This document shows, in pieces, positions 1-10,950 of a stretch of 64,000 bases of DNA. Made by a program: the position numbers and the translations under genes. Origin of the DNA: Tubulanus polymorphus (taxonomy: Eukaryota; Animalia; Nemertea). Positions within the stretch are counted from its first letter, which is position 1. Each line of letters starts with the position of its first letter. The DNA is taken from assembly GCF_964204645.1 (NCBI RefSeq), contig NC_134031.1, positions 9,548,001 to 9,612,000 of the forward strand, read 5' to 3'. Under the pieces are notes generated by a model. It saw nothing but the letters and a program-made list of their open reading frames with translations, did no database searches and was not told where the DNA came from.

Positions 1-1518
1 AAAATCATTAACTACATTTTCACCTCTAAAAGAAATATATTGACTTTCATATAATTCAGGATAATTTGATTTTATATAAATTCCATAAGCAGCAGCTCTT
101 TGATGAACTTTTTTAATTGTATTTATAATTGGCGGGTCTTGTGTTGTGTCTTCATTTAATTCATTTCCTTTATCCATTTGATTTTAATAATTGCTTTTTG
201 TTATATATTTCTTTTCTATCTTGATCAGTTAATTCTTTATTCAACGATTCAAAATCCCCATAAATTACAAATGGAACAATATTTTTAAATTTATGATTAG
301 TAAATTTCAATTTATAATCTTTTTCTGTTGGCATTATTAATTTGCAAAAATCTTTATTATCACATAATTCTTTATGTTTTGATAATGTATTCTCAGTCAT
401 AAATTTAGATAAACATTTTCTACATAGATAAATTTTACGATGATGATCACTTTCTGTTCTAAAGAATGAATCAATTTGTTTTAACCACATATAATGTTCA
501 TTTTCATCTTTTTTGTAATATAACAAATCTATAGCATTTTCATCATCATAATATTCTGTTAAATATAAAGCTTCCAATGTATAATCTTTAATATTTTCAC
601 CTTTTGTCTTTGGTAATTGCATTAATTCGAATACATTTATTTTTAAATCATTAACTTTTTCTATTTTAGGAATCATTTTTATAGTTACTGGATATTGATC
701 AATTTTATATAATGTTTCGTATTTCCGGTAATTTGTTATTCTAAAACTATGTGTCATATCTTCTGTTGGGTGTAAGCAACTAATAATTGACCATAGAAAA
801 CATTTATTATCTTCATTTTGAATATTTATTACTGCTTGTGTTGTAAATGGTAATTTAAAATAAGATGATGCTTTAGTATCCTTTTCTGTTGTAAAGTTTG
901 AATCATTTTTAAACATTTTATTACTTTTTGATGTTTTATTTCTTTTTGGATTATAAACATTTAAATCTAAATATATAAATTCATTCAATGTTAAGCCAGA
1001 ACCCTCAAAATATCTTCCTTCAATATGACGTTTAAATTCGTTAAATATTTTTTCTAACTTAATGTAATGTTTCTAAAATTTCAATTGTATCTTTTATTTC
1101 TAGTGAATCAATATAATTTCTAACATTTTCCATGTAAGGTTTATTTGAAATGGATTTAGTTTTTGAAGTTGGTTTTTTTACTTTTTGAGGTTTATCGTCA
1201 AAATAATCTTTTCCTAAAACATTATTACTCAAATTTTGATGGTGTTTTTGTGATTCGAGATGTCTATTATAATTCCTTTTTACTATAAATTCATTACAAA
1301 CTTCACATTTTATTTCATCCACATTCATATTTTCTAATCTTTCTTTTCTTTCATTGGAATTTTCTGGAGTTTCGAAATCTATTACATTTTTTATATGATT
1401 TGCAGTTTTTTCGTGTCGTGTTTAATGAGATGTATCAACGTATTTTTTTACAATATGTGCAATAATATTGATTTTTATTAACATTATTATTTTCTGGCTG
1501 GTGTTCATTCTCCCCCAT
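1..1518 (-). pseudogene. 5' half of a Polinton/Maverick family-B DNA polymerase (N-terminal zinc fingers, then pre-exonuclease region); frameshifted, runs off window start
   Basis: ORFs 170..988 and 1059..1328 carry INIQNEDNKCFLWSIISCLHP, CRKCL...HKELC and VPFVIYGDFESL, all collinear with the PolB at 25059 and 57041; ATG at 1518 in TAAATG context. Confidence 0.9.
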
Positions 1519-2726
1519 TTATTAGGGGAAAAAATTACTTGTGGTGATGAGTGGTGTCATACTAGTTAGCGTCCGAAAATGTCAACGTCGGTGATACCTT
1601 GTTATCGTCGATATTTAACGCGGGAACGGTCCAAAGTCAGTTTATACACCACATACATTTCAAATTGGAGGTCCCTTGTACATGTACATCACATCGTGAC
1701 GCAGCGGCGATGGTAATGTCATAGAAGAACAAAGTCAGTTGAAAATACCTACCCACTGCACCGATAAAGAATGATTGCTAGCCAGAGACCAGTGACAGGC
1801 AGTAACGGGGAGTGATGACTGAAACAGTTTACACTTCTATGATAATGCGAAAACAAACGCCGCGGTTATAAACCGGCTTTCTTGAATTTTGAAACCGGAA
1901 TGCATAAATATGATACAACGCACACAAAGACTGATAAAATAGCCTTTCTCAAATTATCCTCCAAACTGTTCACAACCACGCTAATGTGAACCTACCGAAC
2001 CAATGAGAGGCTAAATAATGTCCAGCCCCCGAACTTCCTTGAACAAAAAATAATAAAGTATATGTTCCATATAAAAAATATGATGTCTTTTATTATCATA
2101 ATACTCTGTCTTAATATGAAATAATAACACAGATTAGCCTGTGTAACCAAAGACAGTAGAAACGAAGATGGAACAGGTGGGGCTCCACGCACTCCGACGT
2201 GAACTATGTAGCGTTGCGTACATAGGGATTTAGGTCAATTTCTTGGATGTTACTATGAATTAGGCGTTATGCGTTTTCCGATTCGGTGTTTTTCATTAGG
2301 CGTTTTTCGAATACCGAGTGATGGTACCGTTCGTGAGTATGTTTTTATAATGGTTATTGGACGTCAATTTCATATGTGAATTGTAGTCCCCATCTGATCG
2401 CCTAATTGGTCGCTCAATTGGTCGCTCCACTTCGCTACCGCTCCGCTCCGCGACCAATTGATTTAATTACAATACACAAATTCAAATAATCAAATATATT
2501 CAAATGATAATAATTATTCTATTATTCAACTGAAATGCACGCGGTTATGAAAATATATTATAGTTTTTTAATTACTTTTAATATATGTTATTAATGAACT
2601 CGATCATTAAACCTTTGATATGAAAGCCCATTACCCCTATTACTCTTAAAATATTCATATATATATGAATAACATTTAAATCATTGAACTTCTAAAATCA
2701 ATTTTAATAAAAAATATAGTATTAAA

Positions 2727-2891
2727 ATGGAAGCAAATAAGTACTACTGCCCAACATGTAATATCGATATAGATAAATCCCAAAAAGCAAGACACAATAA
2801 AACTAAAACACATTTAGAGAATGAATTGAAACTAGAATATTCACAGTTATATTCAGAACAGTTAACCAATAAGGGTAAAAAAATATTTTAA
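2727..2891 (+). pseudogene. 54-codon stub: PolB N-terminal zinc finger fused to the start of an HNH-protein tail
   Basis: MEANKYYCPTCNIDIDKSQKARHNKTKTHLENELKLEYSQLYSEQLT, nearly identical to ORF 41598..41849. Confidence 0.75.
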
Positions 2892-2961
2892 AGCGTAAGG
2901 TTTCAGCGAACTCTAACTCTTTTTGAATTTTAACCTATTTTAATAAAAATTTGATATATAA

Positions 2962-5238
2962 ATGTGCACAAGATTAATTAAAGTTCCCGCGAAAGACATG
3001 AGTAATAAATATATAAATTCAATATTATATTATTTAACTGTTAACAATAATTTAGCAGATATTTCAGGAGTAAATATAAATAAGTATTATAAATCTGAAA
3101 ATAATGAATTAATTGAAACATCAGATATATTTTGCGATAATATAATGCTATATAAAATCATGTTAGAAAAAGAAATTATAAAAGAAAATAGAACAACTTT
3201 TCTAAACGTTAATCAGAGAAAGATAACACATTATGAAATTAAAGAATGTTTTAATCAAGGAGATATTATATTGGATAACTTAGCTATAAAAATTACACGT
3301 GTTTTAACAATTCATGATGATAATTCAAAATCATATATATTAAGTAGAATTAATCAAGAATTAAAATTAACAGATTATATTGCTGTATTTAAAATTTCAT
3401 TATGCAATCAAAATTTAAATGAATTAATACAGAAAATGGATAATATTGAAAAATTATTAAATGAAAAAAATTACAATATATTAGATGTAGATGTGACACA
3501 AGATTTTAAAGGATCATTTAATTCAGATGAAATAAAATCAATGTTCGAAAATAGAAAATATAAAGTTCTAAAAGAATTTTCCAATAGTTGTGTTTCAGCA
3601 TTACATAAGGATGATAAAATAAAGATCTATAATAAAACAGCATGTCAATTCAAATCTCCTGGTGTAAATATAAATTTCGGTTCAAATTTAATGAGTTACA
3701 TAAATTGCTATCAAGAGAGGTTAAAAGAATCATTTGAAAAATCAATTGAAACAGGATTAATTAGAATTGAAATAACAAGTATTTCATTTAAAAGAGGATT
3801 AAAAGTGATGGAAAAAATAAAACAATACTTAAAAAAAGAAAATATTTACTATCCACCTACATATTTACAACTTAAATCATTATTTGATGAGGTTCAACAG
3901 ACTGTATGTATTTATGATTTGATTGAAAAATGCTTTTATTTCTGTTATTATGGTGATTTATTAGCAAGGAAATTTATAGGATATAAATCTAGGATAAGTA
4001 AAAATATTGAAGAGTCCTCCTTTTTACTTATTTTATCAATGTTTACAATTAAGAATATCCCATGTTTATACCTAACAATTAATCAAAATGATGATAAATC
4101 AGAATTCATTATTGAAGCAAAAAAATATATTAAAACTGAAGGAGCAACTGTTATATCTTCAACTAATTCAATGTTTACAGTATTGAATAAATTTATATTT
4201 AGATTTAAATTACGTGAAACAGGAATTAGTTTTACAACTTTAAAAAAGAGATACAATATAAAATCTAAACCTTTTTATAAATTAGATGCACTTGATATTG
4301 AAGAAGATTTTGATTTAAAATTATTATCTAAAAGTGAATTTAAAAAGTTAGAAGAAATGAAAGAACTTAAACAATTACAAGAAGATATAGATGAAAATAG
4401 AAATAAAATTTGTAATGAATTAAAGCAACAATTAGATATTGATAATGAATTATTTGAGACAGAATTCAAAAAACTTGAAATAATTCCTGAAGTAAAATTA
4501 AATGATTATACTCCTAAAATATCTGGAATTGACAATAATACAATTTTTGAAATTAGAGGTTTTTCAACTCAATGTAAATGTATAACAGATCTTTATTTCA
4601 GTTATATTTTAACAGATCAAGGCTTTTATGAAACTACTACTGATTTAAGAGAATTATTGATAAAAACATTACAATTAGACGTATTAAATAATAATTATTT
4701 TGAATTGTCTTCGATAGAAAAAATCATCAAAAAGTTAAAAATAGGCGTTCATAGCCCTGATAGACACTTTATTTTATCAAAATTAGAAAAACCTATTTTC
4801 CAAGTAAAGAAGATAACACACGATCATTTTGAAATAATTGATAAAATGGATTTTGAATTGATGAAAAAATATACTGAATATTTAAAGATAAATTCTAATG
4901 ATTTCATAAATGTATGTGATATACGTAAAGAATCTGATTATTTAAGAAAAATGAAACTTAACAATATGAAAATTAAGCAATGCGAGCGTTTAGAACTATT
5001 GAAAGATAATTCTGAATATAATATTGATTTCATTAATCCTAGATATTTTAGAAATAAATTGCGCCATCTAATTTTAATTCATAATGATGAAAATATTTAC
5101 ATATCAAATGAATTTTTCGATAAAGAAATGATCAAGAATAATATAACAGAATATCAGGTGATAAAATTGATTACGCACAAGCAAAAATATAATTCTCAGC
5201 GGCATAAAGAATTAGTAGTTAGTTTAATTGTTATTTGA
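2962..5238 (+). CDS. 758-aa protein, putative Rep_trans/gpII-like tyrosine nicking replication initiator
   Basis: Uninterrupted ORF with TAAATG start; motifs in Rep_trans order: ILDNLAI (D105), DVDVTQDF (D177/D181), KIKIYNK (Y223), LIRIEIT (R268/E270). Family assignment by eye only. Confidence 0.6.
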   Translation: MCTRLIKVPAKDMSNKYINSILYYLTVNNNLADISGVNINKYYKSENNELIETSDIFCDNIMLYKIMLEKEIIKENRTTFLNVNQRKITHYEIKECFNQGDIILDNLAIKITRVLTIHDDNSKSYILSRINQELKLTDYIAVFKISLCNQNLNELIQKMDNIEKLLNEKNYNILDVDVTQDFKGSFNSDEIKSMFENRKYKVLKEFSNSCVSALHKDDKIKIYNKTACQFKSPGVNINFGSNLMSYINCYQERLKESFEKSIETGLIRIEITSISFKRGLKVMEKIKQYLKKENIYYPPTYLQLKSLFDEVQQTVCIYDLIEKCFYFCYYGDLLARKFIGYKSRISKNIEESSFLLILSMFTIKNIPCLYLTINQNDDKSEFIIEAKKYIKTEGATVISSTNSMFTVLNKFIFRFKLRETGISFTTLKKRYNIKSKPFYKLDALDIEEDFDLKLLSKSEFKKLEEMKELKQLQEDIDENRNKICNELKQQLDIDNELFETEFKKLEIIPEVKLNDYTPKISGIDNNTIFEIRGFSTQCKCITDLYFSYILTDQGFYETTTDLRELLIKTLQLDVLNNNYFELSSIEKIIKKLKIGVHSPDRHFILSKLEKPIFQVKKITHDHFEIIDKMDFELMKKYTEYLKINSNDFINVCDIRKESDYLRKMKLNNMKIKQCERLELLKDNSEYNIDFINPRYFRNKLRHLILIHNDENIYISNEFFDKEMIKNNITEYQVIKLITHKQKYNSQRHKELVVSLIVI

Positions 5239-5295
5239 ATTGAAACATATAAATATTTAACATTTTATAAACTGTTAAATTTTTCTCTTAAATAA

Positions 5296-5496
5296 ATGGA
5301 TGGTTTCATCCCAACTGGGAAAAGTGATTTGAAACATTATCTTGTAGCAGGAGGATTAATATTGGCTGCGCTTTATTTATACTATGAGAATATTAGTAAG
5401 GATTTGATGAATGAAAATATAAAATTGAGCAAGAAATTGAAAAAATTAAATGGAAATAAAAATAATCATAAAAAAGTTATTGAATCAGATTACTGA
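5296..5496 (+). CDS. Small single-TM protein with coiled-coil tail (mirror copy at 8743..8940, - strand)
   Basis: TAAATG start preceded by T-run; hydrophobic YLVAGGLILAALYLYY. Confidence 0.6.
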   Translation: MDGFIPTGKSDLKHYLVAGGLILAALYLYYENISKDLMNENIKLSKKLKKLNGNKNNHKKVIESDY

Positions 5497-5513
5497 ATTA
5501 ATTAAATAAATAA

Positions 5514-5816
5514 ATGAGTGAAAATATATTAAACTTATTACATCTAATATATAAAAATCAACAGAATATTAAATCAATTATTATGCTTACAGGTTTATTT
5601 TCTTTTTCAATTTATAGTATAAAACAGTTGTTAGAATTCTATGATTGCTGTAAAATTAGATACACTGAATTAATAGAAAATATGAATTATATTTCAGATA
5701 GATTGAATAATATTAAGTGTTGTGAAATTTGTAATAAAAGATATAAAAATGATAAATCATTAAGGAATCATAAATATATTCATGAGCTTAACAATAAACT
5801 GTATAATTCAAATTAA
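5514..5816 (+). CDS. 100-aa protein with hydrophobic segment and C-terminal C2H2 zinc finger (mirror copy at 8420..8722, - strand)
   Basis: TAAATG start; CEICNKRYKNDKSLRNHKYIH. Confidence 0.65.
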   Translation: MSENILNLLHLIYKNQQNIKSIIMLTGLFSFSIYSIKQLLEFYDCCKIRYTELIENMNYISDRLNNIKCCEICNKRYKNDKSLRNHKYIHELNNKLYNSN

Positions 5817-5836
5817 GATATATAATATTTAGATTA

Positions 5837-6508
5837 ATACCCCCTTATGTCTTCATTGTCTTTAGTAGTCTTAGTACTTTTAGTACATAAAGAATAAATC
5901 TTTATTTTATTAGTAGTTGAAAAAAATAGAACTACTAAACTACTAAGGAGATAAAGACCCAGTTTAAATAATAATATTTATTTATCACATAGATTTATTA
6001 TATATTATTGTTTCAAAATAATAAATATCATAGATTTATTAAATATTACTGTTTCAGTAATGATAAATCTTTGTCTTTATTGTCTTTAGTAGTTTAGTAG
6101 TTTTGAAAATAATTTTATTCAGTAAGAATAATATAAATATTTATTCTTTATGTACTAAAAGTACTAAAACTACTAAAGACAATAAAGACACAAACCAACC
6201 AACACACATAGATTCATCATATATATTTGATTCAGTAATGAATATCATATATTTATTATATAAATTTGATTCAATAATGATAAATATAGTATTTATTTAT
6301 CTCACAGATTTATTATATATTACTGTTTCAATAATGATAAATATCATAGATTTATTACATATTACTTTTTCAGTAATAATATTTATTCATCTCACATATT
6401 TATTATATATGTTTTTATATTTTTTTTCAACTACTAATAAAATAAAGATTTATTCTTTATGTACTAAAAGTACTAAAAGTACTAAAGACATAAAGACACA
6501 AGGGGTAT
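5837..6508. repeat. Internal inverted-repeat module (ATACCCCTT...AAGGGGTAT) shared with Polinton B
   Basis: ~90-bp inverted arms plus internal copies of TACTAAAAGTACTAAA; homologous to 36033-36612; mirrored at ~7728-8399. Confidence 0.85.
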
Positions 6509-8419
6509 TATATTCATATTCATATTAATATTCATATTTATTCTTATATCAAATAAAAGAGGCACATTTTCATATTCTTTAGCCAATATATTTTATATAT
6601 TCAGCAAATATATTTTATATTTCCAACACTGGAAAAGTATAAATCATATTCAATTATATATTTACTTTTATCATTAATAAAAGAGGATTACAATGAACCC
6701 GCTAGATTGTTTAACTGTTTAAGTATTAAATTGTGTACATTGTATATTCATAAACTAAATGAAATAAATCACGAATAAGACTTTTAAATTAGCTGAAATG
6801 TATGAAATATTGTATGAAATATTAGTTAACCCAATAAGGGGGTTGAGGTATCAATGTATCAAATACGTATTAATGTATTAAATACATATATTATGCTTTA
6901 TCTTTTAAATTTAAGTCACAGAAGTAATTTATGTTTTAATTTATTCAAATATGTTGTTAAATTTCTTTACATAAACTAAAATAATACAAGATGATACTAA
7001 CTTATTCAAGGTAAAGTTTTTCTAGTATTATTCTAGTCAAATGTAAAGAAATGTAAAGTAAACAAGAATTGAATAGATTCAATAAGAATTATAATAGGTT
7101 TCTTTAACTATAACTAAATAATACTAGCTTATTCAATTGTATTGTTTTTCTAATGTTTTTTATTCAATTATTGTTTACTTTACATTTCTTTACATTTGAC
7201 TAGAATAATACTAGAAAAACTTTACCTTGAATAAGTTAGTATCATCTTGTATTATTTTAGTTTATGTAAAGAAATTTAACAACATATTTGAATAAATTAA
7301 AACATAAATTACTTCTGTGACTTAAATTTAAAAGATAAAGCATAATATATGTATTTAATACATTAATACGTATTTGATACATTGATACCTCAACCCCCTT
7401 ATTGGGTTAACTAATATTTCATACAATATTTCATACATTTCAGCTAATTTAAAAGTCTTATTCGTGATTTATTTCATTTAGTTTATGAATATACAATGTA
7501 CACAATTTAATACTTAAACAGTTAAACAATCTAGCGGGTTCATTGTAATCCTCTTTTATTAATGATAAAAGTAAATATATAATTGAATATGATTTATACT
7601 TTTCCAGTGTTGGAAATATAAAATATATTTGCTGAATATATAAAATATATTGGCTAAAGAATATGAAAATGTGCCTCTTTTATTTGATATAAAAATAAAT
7701 ATGAATATTAATATGAATATGAATATAATACCCCTTGTGTCTTTATGTCTTTAGTACTTTTAGTACTTTTAGTACATAAAGAATAAATCTTTATTTTATT
7801 AGTAGTTGAAAAAAAATATAAAAACATATATAATAAATATGTGAGATGAATAAATATTATTACTGAAAAAGTAATATGTAATAAATCTATGATATTTATC
7901 ATTATTGAAACAGTAATATATAATAAATCTGTGAGATAAATAAATACTATATTTATCATTATTGAATCAAATTTATATAATAAATATATGATATTCATTA
8001 CTGAATCAAATATATATGATGAATCTATGTGTGTTGGTTGGTTTGTGTCTTTATTGTCTTTAGTAGTTTTAGTACTTTTAGTACATAAAGAATAAATATT
8101 TATATTATTCTTACTGAATAAAATTATTTTCAAAACTACTAAACTACTAAAGACAATAAAGACAAAGATTTATCATTACTGAAACAGTAATATTTAATAA
8201 ATCTATGATATTTATTATTTTGAAACAATAATATATAATAAATCTATGTGATAAATAAATATTATTATTTAAACTGGGTCTTTATCTCCTTAGTAGTTTA
8301 GTAGTTCTATTTTTTTCAACTACTAATAAAATAAAGATTTATTCTTTATGTACTAAAAGTACTAAGACTACTAAAGACAATGAAGACATAAGGGGGTATT
8401 AATCTAAATATTATATATC

Positions 8420-8722
8420 TTAATTTGAATTATACAGTTTATTGTTAAGCTCATGAATATATTTATGATTCCTTAATGATTTATCATTTTTATATCTTTT
8501 ATTACAAATTTCACAACACTTAATATTATTCAATCTATCTGAAATATAATTCATATTTTCTATTAATTCAGTGTATCTAATTTTACAGCAATCATAGAAT
8601 TCTAACAACTGTTTTATACTATAAATTGAAAAAGAAAATAAACCTGTAAGCATAATAATTGATTTAATATTCTGTTGATTTTTATATATTAGATGTAATA
8701 AGTTTAATATATTTTCACTCAT
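8420..8722 (-). CDS. Inverted duplicate of 5514..5816 zinc-finger protein
   Basis: Identical translation. Confidence 0.6.
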   Translation of the reverse strand: MSENILNLLHLIYKNQQNIKSIIMLTGLFSFSIYSIKQLLEFYDCCKIRYTELIENMNYISDRLNNIKCCEICNKRYKNDKSLRNHKYIHELNNKLYNSN

Positions 8723-8742
8723 TTATTTATTTAATTAATTCA

Positions 8743-8940
8743 CTAATCTGATTCAATAACTTTTTTATGATTATTTTTATTTCCATTTAATTTTTTCAAT
8801 TTCTTGCTCAATTTTATATTTTCATTCATCAAATCCTTACTAATATTCTCATAGTATAAATAAAGCGCAGCCAATATTAATCCTCCTGCTACAAGATAAT
8901 GTTTCAAATCACTTTTCCCAGTTGGGATGAAACCATCCAT
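8743..8940 (-). CDS. Inverted duplicate of 5296..5496
   Basis: Identical except the last codon (TAC changed to TAG). Confidence 0.55.
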   Translation of the reverse strand: MDGFIPTGKSDLKHYLVAGGLILAALYLYYENISKDLMNENIKLSKKLKKLNGNKNNHKKVIESD

Positions 8941-8959
8941 TTATTTAGGAGAAAATTTC

Positions 8960-9784
8960 AGCTGTCTTATCATTTCAACTGCCAAACAATTTATCATTTC
9001 AACTGCCAAACAATTTATCATTTCAACTGTTAAACAATTTATCATTTCAACTGTCAAACAATTTATCATTTCAACTGTTAAACAATTTATCATTTCAACT
9101 GTCTTATCATTTCAACAGTCGAACAATTTATCATTTCAACTGTCAAACAATTTATCATTTCAACTGTTAAACAATTTATCATTTCAACTGTTAATCAATT
9201 TATCATTTCAACTGTCAAACAATTTATCATTTCAACTGTCAAACAATTTATCACTTCAACTGTTAATCAATTTATCATTTCAACTGTTAAACAATTTATC
9301 ATTTCAACTGTCAAACAATTTATCATTTCAACTGTTAATCAATTTATCATTTCAACTGTCAAACAATTTATCATTTCAACTGTCAAACAATTTATCACTT
9401 CAACTGTTAATCAATTTATCATTTCAACTGTTAAACAATTTATCATTTCAACTGTCTTATCATTTCAACAGTCGAACAATTTATCATTTCAACTGTTAAA
9501 CAATTTAACATTTCAACTGTTAAACAATTTAACATTTCAACTGTTAAACAATTTATCATTTCAACTGTTAAACAATTTATCATTTCAACTGTCAAACAAT
9601 TTAACATTTCAACTGTTAAACAATTTAACATTTCAACTGTTAAACAATTTAACATTTCAACTGTCAAACAATTTATCATTTCAACTGTTAAACAATTTAA
9701 CATTTCAACTGTTAAACAATTTATCATTTCAACTGTTAAACAATTTAACATTTCAACTGTTAAACAATTTATCATTTTAACAGT
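8960..9784. repeat. 24-bp minisatellite (TTTATCATTTCAACTGTTAAACAA, >30 units)
   Basis: Directly visible tandem array with minor variants. Confidence 0.97.
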
Positions 9785-9837
9785 CTATTAGATATTTAAA
9801 TCTTTTAACTCAATTCAATAATTATAATGTAGAATTG

Positions 9838-10488
9838 TTACTCTTTACGCCAGTTTTTATGTTTAATTGTTTCATAATGCTTTGATTTATGTGATTTTAA
9901 ATATTTACCTCCGCAATAACAATGCACTTTTTCATTAGGATTGAATTTTCTAAATTCATCATCTAATTTACATTGAACTGCAATATCTTTATAAGAATTA
10001 TTATTATCTAATTCACATTGAATTCCAATATTTGATGAATTTTCATTATAGATAATTTGTTTATTATCAAAATTGAAATAATACAATTGTCTTTTTTCAA
10101 TTCTTAAGTTAATCAAATCATTGTAATCTTTTGAAAGTATTATATCATCATTTCTTTCATTGAAAGGAGTTTTAAGAATATTAATTATGTTTTCATCTAA
10201 AGTTCCTTTAAAATTCAAAACTGTATTGAATATTTTAGGATTTTTAACGCCATTATCAAAAGTATCTACTAGTTCAGTAATTAAATATGTTTCATTTGAT
10301 AATATTTGATTAATCATAGTTATGTTATCGATTTTATAATACCTTGCGGACACTAAATTTGTTGCTGAAATATAATTTTTAATGTAAAACTGTGAAAATG
10401 ATTTATTGGTTTCATTGATTTCGATTTTAAAGTTGGGTTCTTCTTCTTCTTTCTTCATTTTTATAACAAAACTTTTATTAAAACTCAT
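9838..10488 (-). CDS. 216-aa protein with C-terminal virus-type zinc finger
   Basis: Intact ORF; VHCYCGGKYLKSHKSKHYETIKH; starts just inside the right terminus. Confidence 0.7.
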   Translation of the reverse strand: MSFNKSFVIKMKKEEEEPNFKIEINETNKSFSQFYIKNYISATNLVSARYYKIDNITMINQILSNETYLITELVDTFDNGVKNPKIFNTVLNFKGTLDENIINILKTPFNERNDDIILSKDYNDLINLRIEKRQLYYFNFDNKQIIYNENSSNIGIQCELDNNNSYKDIAVQCKLDDEFRKFNPNEKVHCYCGGKYLKSHKSKHYETIKHKNWRKE

Positions 10489-10608
10489 TCAAATATAAAT
10501 ATTCGATGTTTTAAATATGAATTATTTCACTCATACTTTTATATTGAATAATCTATCAATTTATATGTTATTCATATATATTTTATTCATGTATATGATT
10601 ATTTTAAG

Positions 10609-10950
10609 AGTAATAGGGGTAATGGGCTTTCATATCAAAGGTTGAAGGGGCGAGTGAGTAAAAAATGAAAAATATGAAAATAATAACAATTTCTACTTGA
10701 ATTAGGAGTGAAACTCATAAAAAATTAAAAATAATTCTCACACGCTCGAATTTATTTCACTCACACTTTACTCACACTTTTTTCTAGCGAGTAAAAATGA
10801 AAAATAAATTCGAGTGTGTGAGAATTGTTTTTCATTTTTTATGAGTTTCGCGACTAATTCAAGTAGAAATTGTTATTATTTTCATATTTTTCATTTTTTA
10901 TGAGCTCGACCTTTCGACCTTTGGTATGAAAGCCCATTACCCCTATTACT
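10609..10950. repeat. 342-bp terminal hairpin with two inverted copies of the conserved loop motif
   Basis: AGTAATAGGGGTAATGGGCTTTCAT...ATGAAAGCCCATTACCCCTATTACT; AATTCTCACACGCTCGAATT at ~10734 and its inverse at ~10806. Confidence 0.95.

Larger units (their letters stand above)
5278..8958. repeat. 3.7-kb near-perfect palindrome (arms ~1.8 kb, ~85-bp spacer at 7076-7160)
   Basis: Three ORF pairs mirror about position 7118; arms pair to 7075/7161; only isolated mismatches seen. Confidence 0.97.
2404..10950. mobile_element. Polinton-terminus-bearing element encoding a Rep-like protein (candidate satellite); left end truncated
   Basis: 2404-2870 is the reverse complement of element B's right end (~41710-42160); inner arm ATGAAAGCCCATTACCCCTATTACT (ends 2644) is the inverse of 10609-10633; full hairpin terminus at 10609-10950; no PolB, capsid or integrase inside. 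Confidence 0.75.

Noticed and set aside
6103-6528. 141-aa ORF and its mirror 7708..8133
   Set aside because: Lies within the non-coding inverted-repeat module, has a non-ATG start, and no frame is conserved in the homologue at 36033-36612
8927-9775. ORFs 8927..9499 and 9443..9775, and CRISPR-like appearance of the 24-bp array
   Set aside because: Translations of a minisatellite; units are contiguous with no unique spacers and no cas genes
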